From Hemiscyllium ocellatum (lineage: Eukaryota), in the NCBI RefSeq assembly GCF_020745735.1, contig NC_083417.1, positions 72,602,001 to 72,666,000 of the forward strand: a DNA stretch of 64,000 nucleotides, read 5' to 3'. The notes under the pieces were generated by a model. The model saw nothing but the letters and a program-made list of their open reading frames with translations, was not told the origin of the DNA and ran no database searches. Positions within the stretch are counted from its first letter, which is position 1. Each line of letters opens with the position of its first letter. The translations under genes were made by a program, and so were the position numbers. Positions 25,701 through 39,639 of the stretch are shown here, piece by piece.

Positions 25701-28309
25701 AATCTGCTGAGCTTTTCCAGCAATTTCTATTGTTGTTTCTGCCATTGAAGAGGGTGTGCATCTCAAATTAGAATTAGCAGGTCTGTGAGATTCTGTATAC
25801 CTCGGACATACCTGTGCATTAAAAACATGTCGAATGGAACTTCAGTTGAAGTAAAGCAATGCTGGATCATCACTGAGGAAGACGTCATTCTGAAAGTGAC
25901 TTTTGTCAAATCAAATATCAAACACGTGGAGGGAAACACAAAGCAATGAATTTGAATAGATTGAAGAATTCCAACTGAACTCCTGTTATAACATGTTTCA
26001 AGGTGGGCATACACAGGAAAGAAGTGGCAGTGTTAATCACTGTGCAAAGAAGTCAAAATGAAATCAAAATGCTGTCGATGCACAAAATCTGACATAAAAG
26101 AAAATACATTTCTGGAAGAACACAATAGGTTCAGTAGCATTTGTGAGGCAACAAGGAGAGTTGACATTTTACACCTGATATGATGTTCTAAGGAAGGAAA
26201 AGTCATATTTGTCTTGAAGGATTTCCTTTATTTCTCTTCACAAAGATGCTGCCAGGCCCACTCCATGTATTCAGTATTTCTTCCTTTATTGCAATGTTAG
26301 CATTAATCATATTGACGGGGATTGTGTTTGGAAGTCAGCCAGCATATCCATAAATGTTGGAAGGTATTGACACCCAGTTTGGAGTTTGGCTAGAGACCTC
26401 GTATATTGTACTAACTCTTTACTAAGTGGTTGATCAGAAGTTCGTATAGGACGAATGGAACTTGTTAGACCTACTCCTGAGTCTTCACAAACGATTGACA
26501 AGCATGATATCTTTTGCAAAAATCAAGTAAATGTCAATTCAATCCTGCCATTGTCGGTGACCAAAAGAACAGCAGATGTTATAAATCCGTAACAAAAATA
26601 GAAATTGCTGGAAAAGCTCAGCACATTGGCTGACATCTGTGGGAAGTAATGAGAGTTATTGTTTCGGGTCGAGTGACTCTTGCTCGGAATTTTGGGCCGA
26701 AACAGTAACTCTGATTTCTTTCCACAGATGCTGCCAGATCTGCTGAGCTTTTCCAGCAATTTCTATTGTTGTTTCTGCCATTGACGATGCTTCATTATCT
26801 GACTCTGATAAATTCTTAAACCGAATTACCTCACCATCAGAATCGCATGTGCCATCTCGAATATCTCAATCCAGGAACAATTAAGTTGATCACAGTCTAC
26901 TTATCGTCCATTGGTCCCTGGGAGGTCTCCACTACCTTAGAAAACTGCTAGTTTAATTTGTAGGCAAAGCATTTAAATTTCAAACCTTCCTTTCCATGAC
27001 AGACATTTCAGTTCAGTTTCAACAAGGAACCTTGTCTGAATAACTTAATTTTGCTAATCTCAGGTCTTTAACCTTCGTCAAGTTCCACAAAAAAAGTGTT
27101 ATTTTACAGAGTACCTGAAATATCTTTCCCTTGACAGAACCAATTTCTTCCTACCCCTCCTTATGAGCCCAGTGTATAGTTTCACACATTCTGGAACCAA
27201 ACCGGGGGTGGGGGGCACTGTCCAGTTTTAGATTAAACTATTGTTTTTTTTCACCTTTCTCTGTCAAATTTCTTTCAGACATTGCCACACCCAGATGAAC
27301 AAGATTATTACCGACAACATTCAATTCGAAAACTGAAATCAATCTTGCACAGTGATCACTGTTGATCAAGTCAGGCTTCTAGGTTTTAATTTAAAGAGAG
27401 CACGTTCTTACCTCCCCTGAAAACGGCCTTTATTCTATTATGTTCCATCAAACTATTTGAAGGGCTTAATAAACCATCAGTTACGATCAATAACTAGTAT
27501 TTCTCCGTTCATATTTTGTAGAAAATGTGAGGAATTAGTTTTCCATTGGGAAGAAAGTCGCCAGTAATCAATCTCTCTTGTTTTTACGAAGGCAAGAACA
27601 TCCTTGAATACTTCGAGTGATATCCATCACTCTTGTAGGTTCTAATCTACTATCACCAATTTCATTTACTGATATTGCCGTTTCTGAATATTCTTTAAAA
27701 CTCTGGGTTGACGCTGATAATTTATTTTTCTTATTCCTAAATTCCATGCGCCGGCTTACAGTCCTTAAGTTATTCAAGGTTGTTTTTTAAAGCTTTCACA
27801 TTTATTTGATAAGTTTTATTGAGCAAAAACCTGCGCAGTCTCCCAAAAACTAGGATCATTTCAGACTGCAAACTTTCAATTGCTGCATTTTCAATTGGAG
27901 TTCACATATCGAGGTTTACATTCTGCGAGCTGCCTGATAGATGTCATACCCATCTGCTAGAACCGCCATATGTATTATTTCCAAATTAAACACATGAGGC
28001 TAATGTGTTGCTTAAATACTGACGTTCACCAAACTTCAATACTTTTTGGTGAAATAACATTTTTGCTAGTTACAGACAAATATTTGCTTTGATGTCCTTT
28101 GGGCTTTTCACATGGATCACTCTCAATCTCGTACAGACTACGAAACTATGGAATTTATTCAGTCTATTGTCACGCTTTGCATGTCTTTGATTTGGCACAA
28201 CGTTAAGTGGGTGTCGCACCAATAATTAGGACCGGATTCCTCCCTTGCGAGAGGTTGCGTCCCATATGGTTCATGTACTCATGCTCTTCTATTAGCTCAA
28301 TATGGCCTT

Positions 28310-28590
28310 TGAGGGTGACTCAGTGACTCTATGATTAACACTGCTGCCTCACTGTTCCAGGGACCCGGGTTCGATTCAAGCCTCGGGCAACTGTCTGTCC
28401 GGAATTTGCACATTCTCTCCGTGTCTGCATTAGTTTCCCATCACAGAATTGGCCATGCTAAAATTGCCCAAAGTGTTCAGAGATGTATAGATTAGGTCGT
28501 TAGTCAAGATTAGGAGAATGGGTCTGGATGGGTTCCTCTTCGGAGGGTTGGTGTGGACTTGTTGGGTCGATTAATCTGTTTCCGCACTGT
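28310..28590 (+). mobile_element. diverged HE1 SINE
   Basis: GGTTCGATT B box and V-SINE core. Confidence 0.75.
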
Positions 28591-29074
28591 CAGGATTTCA
28601 TGAACTTCTATTTCAGGCTGCAGAGTACAGCAGAAGCATTTTGGTCGTGTTGATAGAAAACCTGCTGAATCTCCAACGTCATATTGTCTCATCATTGATT
28701 GTTCATTCATTTCATTTAGCTGGATGCACTCTGGGTTTTGTGAATGATATCTCATTTGTTTATTTGTCTCGCTTATTCCAGCAGAGCATCGAGCGAAAAC
28801 TTTTATGCCTGCTAATGGTTATTCATGTGAAATCCATTTTCGTGTTTTTTTTTTCCCTTTTACCAAGGGACCCAGATACCTGATATAAATGACAGTTTGA
28901 GACTTGAATAGGTACGTTAATTTTCAGACATGTTTCAAAATCTTGTTTCTTGGAATGCTGTGTTTGTGAGTGTAAGGCAAGCTCATTTTGTTTGAATAGC
29001 TAGCTAAGGTCATTGCTTCGAGAGAAGATGCTTGATCTACGAAAAATGTTTTTTTTCAATGTCGTTCATATTCC

Positions 29075-29400
29075 CTCCTTGAATTGCAGTCTGTACGAAG
29101 ATGGGATCAAACTAATGCAGAACGTTTGCTCTTTCCGTGCATGATCCTGCTGAGATCATCAGTGAAATATTTCTGACTTCCTGAGTCTGTGTGTGTGGCT
29201 TAATGTGCGCGCATTGTTGTTTTAAGATACTGTAGGACTCAATTGAATCATAAGATAGTTGTTATTATCCCATGGAAGTAAATCAAACTGCCGGGTAAAA
29301 TAATGTCAAAAAGCAATGCATTCAACTGATTGATGAAGCTGTGGTGGGAATTTTCATCAAGATTATGCTTTTGAATATTTCATTGCGATGAAATTCCTGT
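29075..29400 (-). pseudogene. decayed C1-like exon relic
   Basis: Minus frame gives HCFLTLFYPAV*FT (C-x4-FYP at 29291-29315) and later VLH*FDPIFVQTAIQG. Several stops and frameshifts. Confidence 0.35.
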
Positions 29401-29484
29401 ATTACTGTATCATTTCAAGTCTCTATGTCTGTAATGTTATACCCTGATTTCTGCCTAACATGCTTTCGATTTGTATCCATGATT

Positions 29485-30390
29485 TGGAGATGCCAGTGTT
29501 GGAGTGGGGTGTGCAAAGTTAAAAATCACGCAACACCAGATGGACCAAGGTCGACTTCGGCACAGGCAGAAGAGGCAAGTGGCCGAATAGAGGCTGATAG
29601 CTCGGTTCGGTACCCATAGGGAGGGCCTCAACACGGACCTTGGGTTCATGTCACATTACAGGTGATCACCGTTCCACTACACATTCACACGGACACAGGC
29701 ACACACAGACGCGCACATAGGCACCCACACACACCCTTATAGACACACACACACTTCTACACTCTCACAGACCTAAGACACTCTGCACTCACTACACACG
29801 CACACACACACACATGCACACACTTTCTCACACTCGCAACCCACCCCAGACAGACACAGACACAGACAAAGACCCACATGCACACATTTATTTTGTGGAG
29901 TGAATTTGTACTTGCAGAGTTACATTGCACTTTGCTCAAAAACTGCATACATTCATGTAGAACTCTGAGCTCAAAAACTGCATGAACTTACGTAAAACTC
30001 TGTTAACTCACTTTTTAGATTAGAATCATTCTAAACATCAGGTCATAGACAGAGAAAACAGGGGGCTAACACCTTAAACATATTGTCTAGCTATCACCAT
30101 TGTCAACAGCTAACCTGAGATTGCAACTTTTCAAAAAAGGTTTTGTGATTTACACATGAAAGAAGTGAAACTATCACTGTATTCTAACAGATGAAAGGCT
30201 TAACAGACAATCAATTTTTCAATTTATACTTTCAGTTAAGTCACACTGCAAATTTTTGCTATAAATTATGTGTTACAATTGAGCCCTCCACAATCACCTG
30301 ATGAAGGACCGTCGCTCTGAAAGCTAGTATGCTTCCAATTAAACCTGTTGGACTATAATCTGGTGTTGTGTGACTTTTAACTTCGTTTTG
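29485..30390 (+). mobile_element. Penelope-like non-autonomous element (inverted 5' pLTR, CA-rich body, 3' pLTR with hammerhead-like core)
   Basis: AAAGTTAAAAATCACGCAACACCAG at ~29515 is the reverse complement of CTGGTGTTGTGTGACTTTTAACTT at ~30360. CTGATGA...GAAAGCTA at 30298-30326. Confidence 0.7.
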
Positions 30391-30479
30391 TATCGGGTGT
30401 GTGGAGGTGTTATGGTATTCCTTGGCTTAGCGATATTAATGAACCATGAAAGTTTTATTTATCGAGTTAAGGTATCACT

Positions 30480-30760
30480 GTTCCCTCCCACACGTTATGG
30501 ATGAGCATTCAGACTTTGAGTGTGACATTTAAACCTGCAGTTTAGCCAAAAAGTCCAATTTAACAGAAGCTTCCTGGGCGTAACAGTTAGTGAATAACTC
30601 GAGTGAAAGTGCTTGCCTGATTACCTGCTCTTTGCTGTTGCTGAAGGCTGACATAGCAGTTGTGACTTCGATGCTTGCAGCCATCTTTTTTGCAAGGTTT
30701 TACCGCGGCTCAGTTTGGGAGCAGGGAGCAATCTCTGGATGGAGTGCTTCCAGGTGGGAT
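30480..30760 (-). pseudogene. decayed C1-like exon relic
   Basis: (W>C)KKDGCK at ~30674-30696 resembles WYKDGSK of the intact C1. SSYSLTVTP follows in a shifted frame. Confidence 0.25.
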
Positions 30761-31452
30761 GTGAATTTAGGAATTTAAAGCAGGTTGGAACTCACTCATC
30801 GATTTTTGCCAAACAATAATTTGGAGCAACAATCACATTTGGATTTTGAACGTAACCATGCAAAAAGTGATTGAACTCCTGTTTCTTCCATGTTTGCTCC
30901 AGTCTCCTGATAACTCTTGATTGACAAAACCATTAATTTCATGAGCTTTAATTGGTTGCTGAGTGTATGACTACATCACTACAAATTGGGGCAATGGTTT
31001 GTACAGTGTCTGTAGAGAATGCATACTGATTATATATTGAAATAGATGCGATAAACTGCACAATTTACTCAGAAAAATAACAATAACATGTGCTGGAGAG
31101 ACTGGACAGCTCTGGCAGTATCTGTGGAGGCAGAAACAGATTTCACACTTCGTGCCTTTTGCGTGTGTTTTCCAGTATCTGCTGTAATTTGCTCCCACGG
31201 TAATATGGTGGAGTATTCACTGCTCCCTGGGAAATGTGGGATGGGCAATAAACACCAGTCTTACCAGTGAAACCCACATCCTTTGAACGTGTAAAAAGAA
31301 AACATCGAAACCTCTGCTCTGCCTGTGGGAAGGTCCTCGATCTAACTTCTCATTTCAATAATCCGCCTTGTTCCCAGGCTAATATTTCTCTTTGGCTTGC
31401 TCCAGAGTGGCAATGAAGTTCAACAACGCATTTCCTGCTAGGCACTTTACAA

Positions 31453-31620
31453 CCTGTAGGAGTCAGTGCTGAGTTACACCACTTCAGAATCTGGCCTTTG
31501 ACCTCAATTTTCATTGCATCATGCACCAACAGTGGCATGGTCGGGTCGTGATGGCTTTATTCTCATTATTAAGGCGGAACCATTATTTTCACACAGCGAA
31601 TATTTAGCATGCACAGCTCT
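31453..31620 (-). pseudogene. decayed VJ-like exon 3' half
   Basis: KYSL...SALIMRIKPSRPDHAT-(fs)-WC, then F(G>*)SG-T-Q-LT followed by G|GT. Resembles L.I..L..D.A.YxC...FGxGT.LT. Confidence 0.3.
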
Positions 31621-32929
31621 ATCACTCAACGATCACTGCTGGTACTCAATATGTCTTTTGTTCTGGGAATGCTCTCCTTCTGTTTCCCTTGCTCCTCTTC
31701 CCTCTCTGTCACCACTACATTTTCAGGTTCTTTTCATACTGAATGAAAAATACTAACTCTGTTTCCCTCTCCACAAGTGCTTCCAAGCATTTCGACTTTC
31801 TCCAGCATTTTTGCTTTGATTTCACATTAACTGCAATGACTGTATTTTGCTTTACATCAAATCACAAGGAACATCGCACTACATAACATCACAATTGGCT
31901 ACATTTTACTGAGTCTGTGATATGTTTTCCCACCTATATCACCTTGAATCTTCCTTGAAATTTCATAACCCCAGGAGCAATGAGCCTACAGAATTCACTC
32001 CCACTCAAATTCGATGAGGCCAAAACATTACGTGTTTCAAGAAGGAGGTGGATAGAACTCAAAGGACATAGAGAGAGGCGCGATTAGAGTTAATGGTCAG
32101 CCATGATTTTATTGAATGGTGGAGCATGTTTGATGGATAGAAAGACCAATTCCTGCTCCTATCCTCTGTGCGTTCTCCTCACAATTCAGAACCGACACCC
32201 ACCTTGTGTGTTTCAAACAATTTTCAGTCAATGACAATACAATACACGGTAATCTATATACCTTTATCCCACATTCTCTTATGAGTAAACTTTCCAAAAG
32301 ACTTGTGAAAATCCAACAACATTCCAAGGATCAATTCATTCCAAGAATCTTCTAAAAGCTCTGGTAGATTTGTTGAGAATGCTTTGCATTTTATAAACCC
32401 ATGCCAGCTTTGTATAATCCTGTCAATTCTTTTCTAATATTTTGTGGTCATGTCTTTTATAATTTATAATCCAATTTCTGCCAGTAATTCATTTGTTTTA
32501 TAACAAATACCATGTCCATTCATTGAAGAATGATTTTACTATTATCTCTCCACTTTGACCCTATTTGTTCCTATTATCTATGCTTATGCATTTTCTTTCC
32601 AGTTCCCACTTTGGATATTGCTATGTAATACTTCCATATCTTCTGACTTTGGTAAACCTACATTTACCCTCATACAAATCCTCCTACAGCACTATTGCCC
32701 AGCACCACCCTCTCATGCACATGCAAACACATACATTAAATTAACACTTTGTCCACAGCCCCAGTTATTCAAATCCCCTACACAGTAGACCCAATGCCAT
32801 TCAAATGAAATCTGGATCAACTCCCTATTGCCCACTTCTGGTGCAATTGCGACCACAACCTGAACCCCATTTGAAACATATAATGAGCCATGTATTTTTC
32901 AAATTGACTTATTTTTAATAGATCAGTTT

Positions 32930-33260
32930 GCTTGTGCCTCAGGTACTAATCCAAAGATTATTACTTTGGAGGTTGTACGTTTCTAATTTAGCTCCCAACT
33001 TTTCAAACTGTTTCAGCAGTATCATCAGTCCAGTCCTAACAATGTCATTCTTCCCAACGTGGGTGAAGACACCTGTATTCCACTCGTCCATCTTCAGTTC
33101 CACTCCAACACGATCAGATATCCTTCAATCTGACACTGGACAGAAAATACATTCTTTGGGCCACTCGTTCACTGTTGCACAGAACAATATACATTCCGCT
33201 AATTGTATTAAAATACCAAGAAAGAACTGTGGACACAACAAACCTGAAATAATAAAAATG
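32930..33260 (-). mobile_element. CR1 ORF1 (SGNH esterase) fossil
   Basis: HVGKNDIVR...FEKLGAKL...KVIIFGLVP aligns with HVGTNDIGR...FRELGWKL...RVVVSGLLP at 46480-46600. Confidence 0.75.
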
Positions 33261-33959
33261 AAAGTTCTGGGGGAAAGTCAAGAGGTCCGGGTAGCATATG
33301 AAGAGAGAAAACACAGTTAAATTTTTAAGTCAAATGAGCATTTAACAGAACCATAACTGAATTGTTTGCTACTGCAACTGCATTTCTATTTCCTCTCCCA
33401 AATCGAATGCCCTGTGTTTGTAGTTACAGTTGTTTGATCAGCCTCCCTGTTTATGCCATCTTTATTTTCGTTCACAGGTTTCAAGAATCTTAAAACTGTT
33501 GCTTGGGCTGAGGGTCCTTCATTGAAAAATCTGTGTTCCCCTTAACTAACTCACCTGAAGACACACATTCCTGTCACTGATAACAAATAAATTTTGGGTG
33601 AGATGTTCTGAGTAGAGTGACCACCCACTGCAACAAAGTGTCAAGGTTACTTTCCCCTTCTCTGGTGTTATGCAAATATTTTAACTCAGATGCAGCTCAG
33701 ATGCAAAATTCTTTGAATTGGAAGCACTTATTATAGATGTGGTTGCTATGGACTACGTTGGTGCTCAGCAGCTTCAACATGTTGCAGTAGCAAAACATCA
33801 CTCATCCTGCCATCACTATTATATTTGATTTAATTTATATATTCATTCCCTTAGATTGCTGACTTACAAAGGACACCAGAAAATGTCACTTCTGGAAGAT
33901 TATAGATATTGACATCGAATTCTCACAGGCACATTTCTTCAATCATCGTCTAAACAAAG

Positions 33960-34285
33960 TGGTACTCTATTTTAGCAAATATCCTCCTGGAATTAATTCT
34001 AACTTGATCAGTGTGTTACTGTACAATAATGACTACTCCTCCTTCTATACCATTCAATTTGATCCGACTGTCAACTGCAGTACAATATTTTCTACTTAGT
34101 ATCTTTGAAACGTAATTAGACCTGTGCTGCGTCTATATTGTCTTTGATAATTGCCTATCTCGATAACATTGATTTATTGGGGATGTAGTGACTATGGCTG
34201 TATGCGTACCAAAGCCTTAACATCATCTACACTGGGCACAAGATTCCAAGGAAGACCGACCAAGAAGAAAATCTTCTCTTCACTT
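33960..34285 (-). pseudogene. decayed C1-like exon relic
   Basis: LVPSVDDVKALV(C>R)I..SLHP..INV ... LQLTV ... EW ... (Y>H)YCTVTH*S. The substitutions at the motif residues are single-base changes. Confidence 0.35.
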
Positions 34286-34499
34286 ACAATTAGTAGTCTT
34301 GCCGTGTTTGTTTCTTTTCTTTCAAGTGGTTAAATTTCTATGACTTTCCCTTACTTATCACATTATTTTTTTTTTCTGGTGCCAATGAAGTGATTGAACC
34401 AAGTGATGATTCTTTCAGTTTCTCCAGAAATGATGAAGGAACTAATGAAACCATCAACATTTCTGAAAATATCTTCACAATGATACTTCTAGCCCAAGC

Positions 34500-35660
34500 A
34501 ACATGCTGACAACTCTCCTCTTCCCTCTTTCTGGTGCTATCACACAGGTTTATGATAAGCCTCCTAAGATGGTAGATTTCAGAACTGCACATAATATTCG
34601 AGCTGTTGCGATCCAAAGTTTTACACAGTCCCAGTGTAACCTCCCTACTCTTAAACTGTTTGTCTTGCCTGATAAAGGCAAGGATACCATATGCTTTCTT
34701 AATTACTTTACCCACTCATCCTGAGACCTTAAATGACTGGTGGACATGCATATCAAGGTTCCTCTGATCCATAATGTTTCAGAGATCATAGAACATGTGC
34801 TTTCTTGGGTCCTACCTTTCATCATGTATTCCGGTGCTTCATTTGTCGTTGCCAACTGCATTTACCCATCTTGGTATCGCATTTGCCACTGATTTGCCCA
34901 TCTGACATGCCCAGTTATATCCTTCTGAAATCTAACGCCATCCTTCTCAATACTTAACACTCCACCAATTCTCATATCATGTGTGAACTGTCTGATCAAT
35001 CCTCCCAGTTCAAATCTAAATAAGCAATATCACTCACAAATTTTGTACAGCTGCAATATGACCTCATGGTTACGAAATTCAGAGTGGGCGGCACGGTGGT
35101 ACAGTGGTTAGCACTGCTGCCTCACAGCGCCAGAGACCCGGGTTCAATTCCCACCTCAGGCGACTGACTGTGTGGAGTTTGCACATTCTCCCCATGTCTG
35201 CGTGGGTTTTCTCCGGCTGCTCCGGTTTCCTCCCACAGTCCAAAGATGTGCGGGTCAGGTGAATTGGCCATGCTAAATTGCCCATAGTGTTAGGTAAGGG
35301 GTAAATGTAGGGGTATGGGTGGGTTGCGCTTCGGCGGGTTGGTGTGGACTTGTTGGGCCGAAGGGCCTGTTTCCACGCTGTAAGTAATCTAATCTAATCC
35401 TTCACCAATAAAAGCTAACACACCAGATGCCTTCTTAACAACCCAATTGACCTGGGTGGCAAATTTCAGGGATCTATGCACATGGACACCTCTTAGAAAT
35501 AGTCAATCAAATTGGTCAGACGTGACCTCCCCTTCATAAAACCATGCAGGTTATTCTTGATTAATCGCTGTCTCTCCAAATTGAGGTTAATCCTTTCACT
35601 GAGAATGGCTTCCATTAGTTTTCCCACCGCTGAGGTTAGATTGACAGGTCTATAGTTTCA
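34500..35660 (-). mobile_element. CR1 RT fragments split by a young HE1 SINE
   Basis: KVIKKAYGILAFI...EVTLGLCKTL (ORF 34338-34715). The SINE sits at 35083-35398. Confidence 0.75.
35083..35398 (+). mobile_element. HE1-type V-SINE (young copy)
   Basis: Near-identical to 802-1114; (TCTAA) tail. Confidence 0.9.
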
Positions 35661-36034
35661 CTGTTTGCTCCTTTCTAGAGTAATGGTGGAGCAAATTACT
35701 ACAAATGGTAGAATTGTTCTGAAAACAAAGATTAATGGAAATCACAGCGGCTCAGGAACCATCCATAGAGAGAGAGCTGCTAACGTTTCAAGTCTTGATG
35801 ACTCTATCAGAGCTGGTGTGAAGTGTGGAGTGGGCAATACTAATACAATGTTGGGGAGAGAGGTATAGAGCGCTGGGGGAGAAAGGAACGTTGATAGTGC
35901 AGATTAAGTGATGGGAATGTCAGAATGGCAGAAGAGTTGTGCATCTCACATCCAAACTGGAAATGACTGTTCGGAGTCGGGGCGGGGTGTGGGGAGAGAT
36001 ATGGGGTAGTAGTGACAGAGAATGCAAAAAGTAA

Positions 36035-36340
36035 AGAATCATAGAATCCTAACAGTGTGGAAACAGGCCATTTGGCCCAACAGGTCCACACAGATCCTCC
36101 GAAGAATAACCCATCCATTACCTTCCCTTATTACTCTACATTTACCCCCGAATAATGCACCAAACATACATATCCCTGAACTCTGTGGGCAATTTGGCAT
36201 GGCCAATGAACCAAGCATGGGTGGAAACATGAGCACCCAGAGGACATGGGGAGAATGTGGAAACTCCAGACAGTCGCATGTGGCTGGAATCTAACATGGG
36301 TCCCTGGTTTTGTGAGGCAGCAGTGCTTACCACTGAGCCA
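36035..36340 (-). mobile_element. diverged HE1 SINE
   Basis: Reverse-complement match to the HE1 head, core and tail. Confidence 0.75.
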
Positions 36341-36349
36341 CTGTTGGAA

Positions 36350-37560
36350 TTCTATAACAATGGAACTAGTAGGATTTTCAAGGGACAACCAGTCAATGTA
36401 GTATATTTGGACTTTAAGAAAGCATTTGACAAAGTCCCACAGAAGAGCTTATTATGTAAGCTAAAAGCACATGGAATTAGATGAAGTGTTTTGAGATAGA
36501 TGAAAAATTAGTTGGCAGAGACGAAGCAAAGAGTAGGAGTTAATGGGTCCTTTTCAGATTGGCACGCATTAACTAGTGGCGTGCCACAGGACTTAGTGCT
36601 AGGACACCAGATATTCACAATATCTATTTGTGAATTGAATGGGGAAACAAAATGTAACATCTCAAAGTTTGCAGATGACACCAAATTGGGTGGGAGGGTG
36701 AATTGTGATAAGGATACAGAGGTCCTTCAGCATGATCTGGGGCAGGTTGGATGAGTTGACAAATCAATGGCAGATACAGTGTAATTTGCATAAATGTGAG
36801 TTTATACACTTTCAAAGCAAAAGCAAGAAGGCAGACTTCTACCTGAATGGCTGTAAATTGGGAGAGGGGAGTGTGCTCCAGTCGCTGAAATTAAGCATGC
36901 AAGTACAGTAGCCATAAAGAAAGCAAATAAGCAAATGCCATGTTGACTTTCATTGTGAGAGATTTCATGTGCAAGAGCAGGGATGTGTTGTGCTTATATG
37001 GGGTCTCGATAAGTCCTCATCTAGGACATTATGTGCAGTTTTGGTCTTCTTTTCTTTGGAAGAATGTTCTTGTGCTTGAGGGGAAGCAACGAAGGGTTAA
37101 TAGGCTGATTCCAGGAATGGCAGGACTGATGTATGAGGAAACATTGACTAAGTTAAAATTATTTTTGCCGGAGCTTAGACAAGTGATGAGGGATCTCATG
37201 GAGACTTGTAAACTTCTAACAGGAAAACACAGGGTAGATGCAGGAACGTTGTTCTTAATGATGGGTGCAACCAACAGCGGTCACAATCTGTGGATTTGGG
37301 ATGGACCATTTATGATTAAGATGAGAAGATATTTCTTCACCAATGCGTGGAATTCATTATGGCAGGAAGTAGTTGATGCTAAAATATGGAATATACTCAG
37401 GAAGCAGCAAGATATAGCATTGGAGGCGAACGGACTCAAAGGTTTGGGGAGAAAGCAGGATTCAGCTCTTGAGTTGAATGATCAAATCTGAGCATGATGA
37501 ATTCTGGAGTAGGTTTGAAGGGCTGAAAACCCTTCTCCTGCTCCTATTTTCTATGGTTCA
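36350..37560 (+). mobile_element. CR1 RT to 3' end, degenerate
   Basis: VVYLDFKKAFDKVP, SGVPQD, SKFADDTKLGG, YVQFWS. Confidence 0.9.
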
Positions 37561-38389
37561 TATTATAACATGATTAACCTTTTTAAATTCCTCATCTCCA
37601 CAGATACCTTTTGCCATCACTCCTCACTTCACTCCTCCCCAAAGCCCCTCCCTATTTACACCCCACTCTTTCCCTTCCTGGTATTTGTTTAAGAACATGT
37701 TATATTATTAAATCCATCTCGGTTCTGACAGCAATCAATTGAGCTGAAGTACTCCGACACCTCCTCTCTCCACTGAGTTTTCTGATTGATACATGCTTCC
37801 AACATTCTCGCGCATTTCCGTTTAATTACAAGTTGCTCATCTGTCAATTCATGACAAACTCTGACAATTTGTAAAGCGCTTTGAATGGTGCTAAACTATG
37901 AATGCACAGAAATCCAATAAACAAAATACAATTCACGGTGACTCCTTTGGTTTTCTGCTGATATAAAAATAATCACTCTAATGATGTCATGCACGTGCTC
38001 AGCCCTTTCTGTTTGGAAGATGAAGCCTTGGGGATTTGTTGTTGGGGGAAGATTTGCTTTTGGGTTCCCAAAAGGCGGAGAGATCAAACTCTTCTCCATT
38101 AGTTCTCGATCTGGGACAAGAGCTACCAGTGGTAACGAATGAAATGCCACCAGACAATGAAAGCTGCATATGTGCAAGTTTGGACAAATATGACTATCAA
38201 CTGTCAAGAAATTATAATTACACATAAGTAAGGAAACATGAATGCATAAAGCAAAATATGACGGAGGCAGGAGAGTGACTGATGTTGGAAAATGAGGGAG
38301 AAAGATCAGTAGAATATAATCCATTTTACCCAGGACCCATGAGGAAGTGAACTAAATTGGAAACAAAAATCAGTTCCTCTCTGGGAACA

Positions 38390-39235
38390 CAAGAGAAGGT
38401 GGAGGATTGAAGACAAAACCCGTGGTGCCATTATTCCACCCAATTTTCCCAATCGCTTTGCCTATGTCATATCTGTTCAAATGATGCCACCTTCCAAAAC
38501 AATGCTGTTGCCATGGCTTCCTTTTTCCATAACCATGGGTTCCCACCCGCTGTGGCTGATAGGGCACTCAGACACATCTGAAGCATTCACTTATTGCTGC
38601 CAACCCTGCCCCTTTGTATCATTCAGAACAGCATGATCCCGCCTTCCCCCGCCCCCACCCCCACAATTCTCACTTTTCATCCTACCATTGTCCTCTATTT
38701 CATACAACTACAGCAGAATGCCAACACCCATCACATCTTCCTCTCATTCCTCCATGTGCATTTGACTGGAACAATTCCCTGCGGAACACTTTTGCCCATT
38801 CCTTGACCACCAACAACATCACCGCCTTTCCACCGCACCTTACCATTTAACCACTGAACGGATAATACCTTCCCCTTTACCTTTTCCCGGCTCTAAACAG
38901 CCTTTCCAGGTGAAACAGCATTTCACCTGTAGTACCTGCAATCTGGTCTACTGCATTCCCTGCACCCAATGTGGCATACCAAAAGCAGTCGGGTGACAGC
39001 TGTGATGTGTCTGGATCACAATCACTGGATTGTGTGCAAGTATGAGCTCAGCTATCCTGTAGCCAGTCACTTTAAAACAGCATACCTCTTGCATGCTTAC
39101 TTTTCTGTCCTTGGCATGCCGCAATGCTCCAGTGAATCACAGTGCAAACTGGAGGAAGAACATCTCATCGTCAGACTCGGCACTTTACAACCTTCTGAAC
39201 TTAATATTGAATTCAGCACCTTCAGATAATGAACC
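38390..39235 (+). mobile_element. Penelope-like element fossil (RT thumb to GIY-YIG)
   Basis: ASFFHNHGFPPAVADRAL; FTC...NLVYCIPCTQC; PVASHF; LEEEHLIVRLGTLQPSELNIEFSTFR. Confidence 0.8.
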
Positions 39236-39639
39236 CACTCCAATTCCTTCCAGTTCTTTAAACTGTGGCAGCACTGGGACAGCAAGGTTGGCTTCCAGCC
39301 TTGGGTGACTTTGGAATTTGTACATTCTCACTGTGTCTGTGTAGTTTCCAAAGATGTTCAGGTTTGTTGAGTTGGTCATGCGAGATTGCCCAGAGAGGAG
39401 TAAATGTAGAGTAATAGGATAGGGGAATGAGTTTGGGTGGTATACTTATTGGATAGTCAGTCTGGACATGTTGGGCAGAAGTCCCTGTTTCCACATTGTC
39501 GGATTAGATTCCATTCAATTTGTCAGTGGCATAAATCCTTGCTGACTCTGTCTGATTCTGTCACTACTTTCCAAGTGCTCTGCTCTAACGTGCTTGATAA
39601 TGAATTCCTGAATTTTCCCCATTACTCAGGTTAGCCTTA

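Noticed and set aside
27568-28230. Protein-looking frames in unique sequence (e.g. SPKSIEVW..SLMCLI)
   Set aside because: Multiple stops in all frames and no complete motif set; cannot be assigned.
38036-38227. Plus-strand ORF ending ...CICASLDKY (near-ITIM IxASL)
   Set aside because: It has Cys rather than Tyr, is on the opposite strand to the receptor genes, and has no linked plus-strand exons.
37896-38324. Minus ORF with HCLVAF...PPTTNPQG, faintly C1-like
   Set aside because: No Trp, no second Cys and no clear splice sites; too weak even for a relic.
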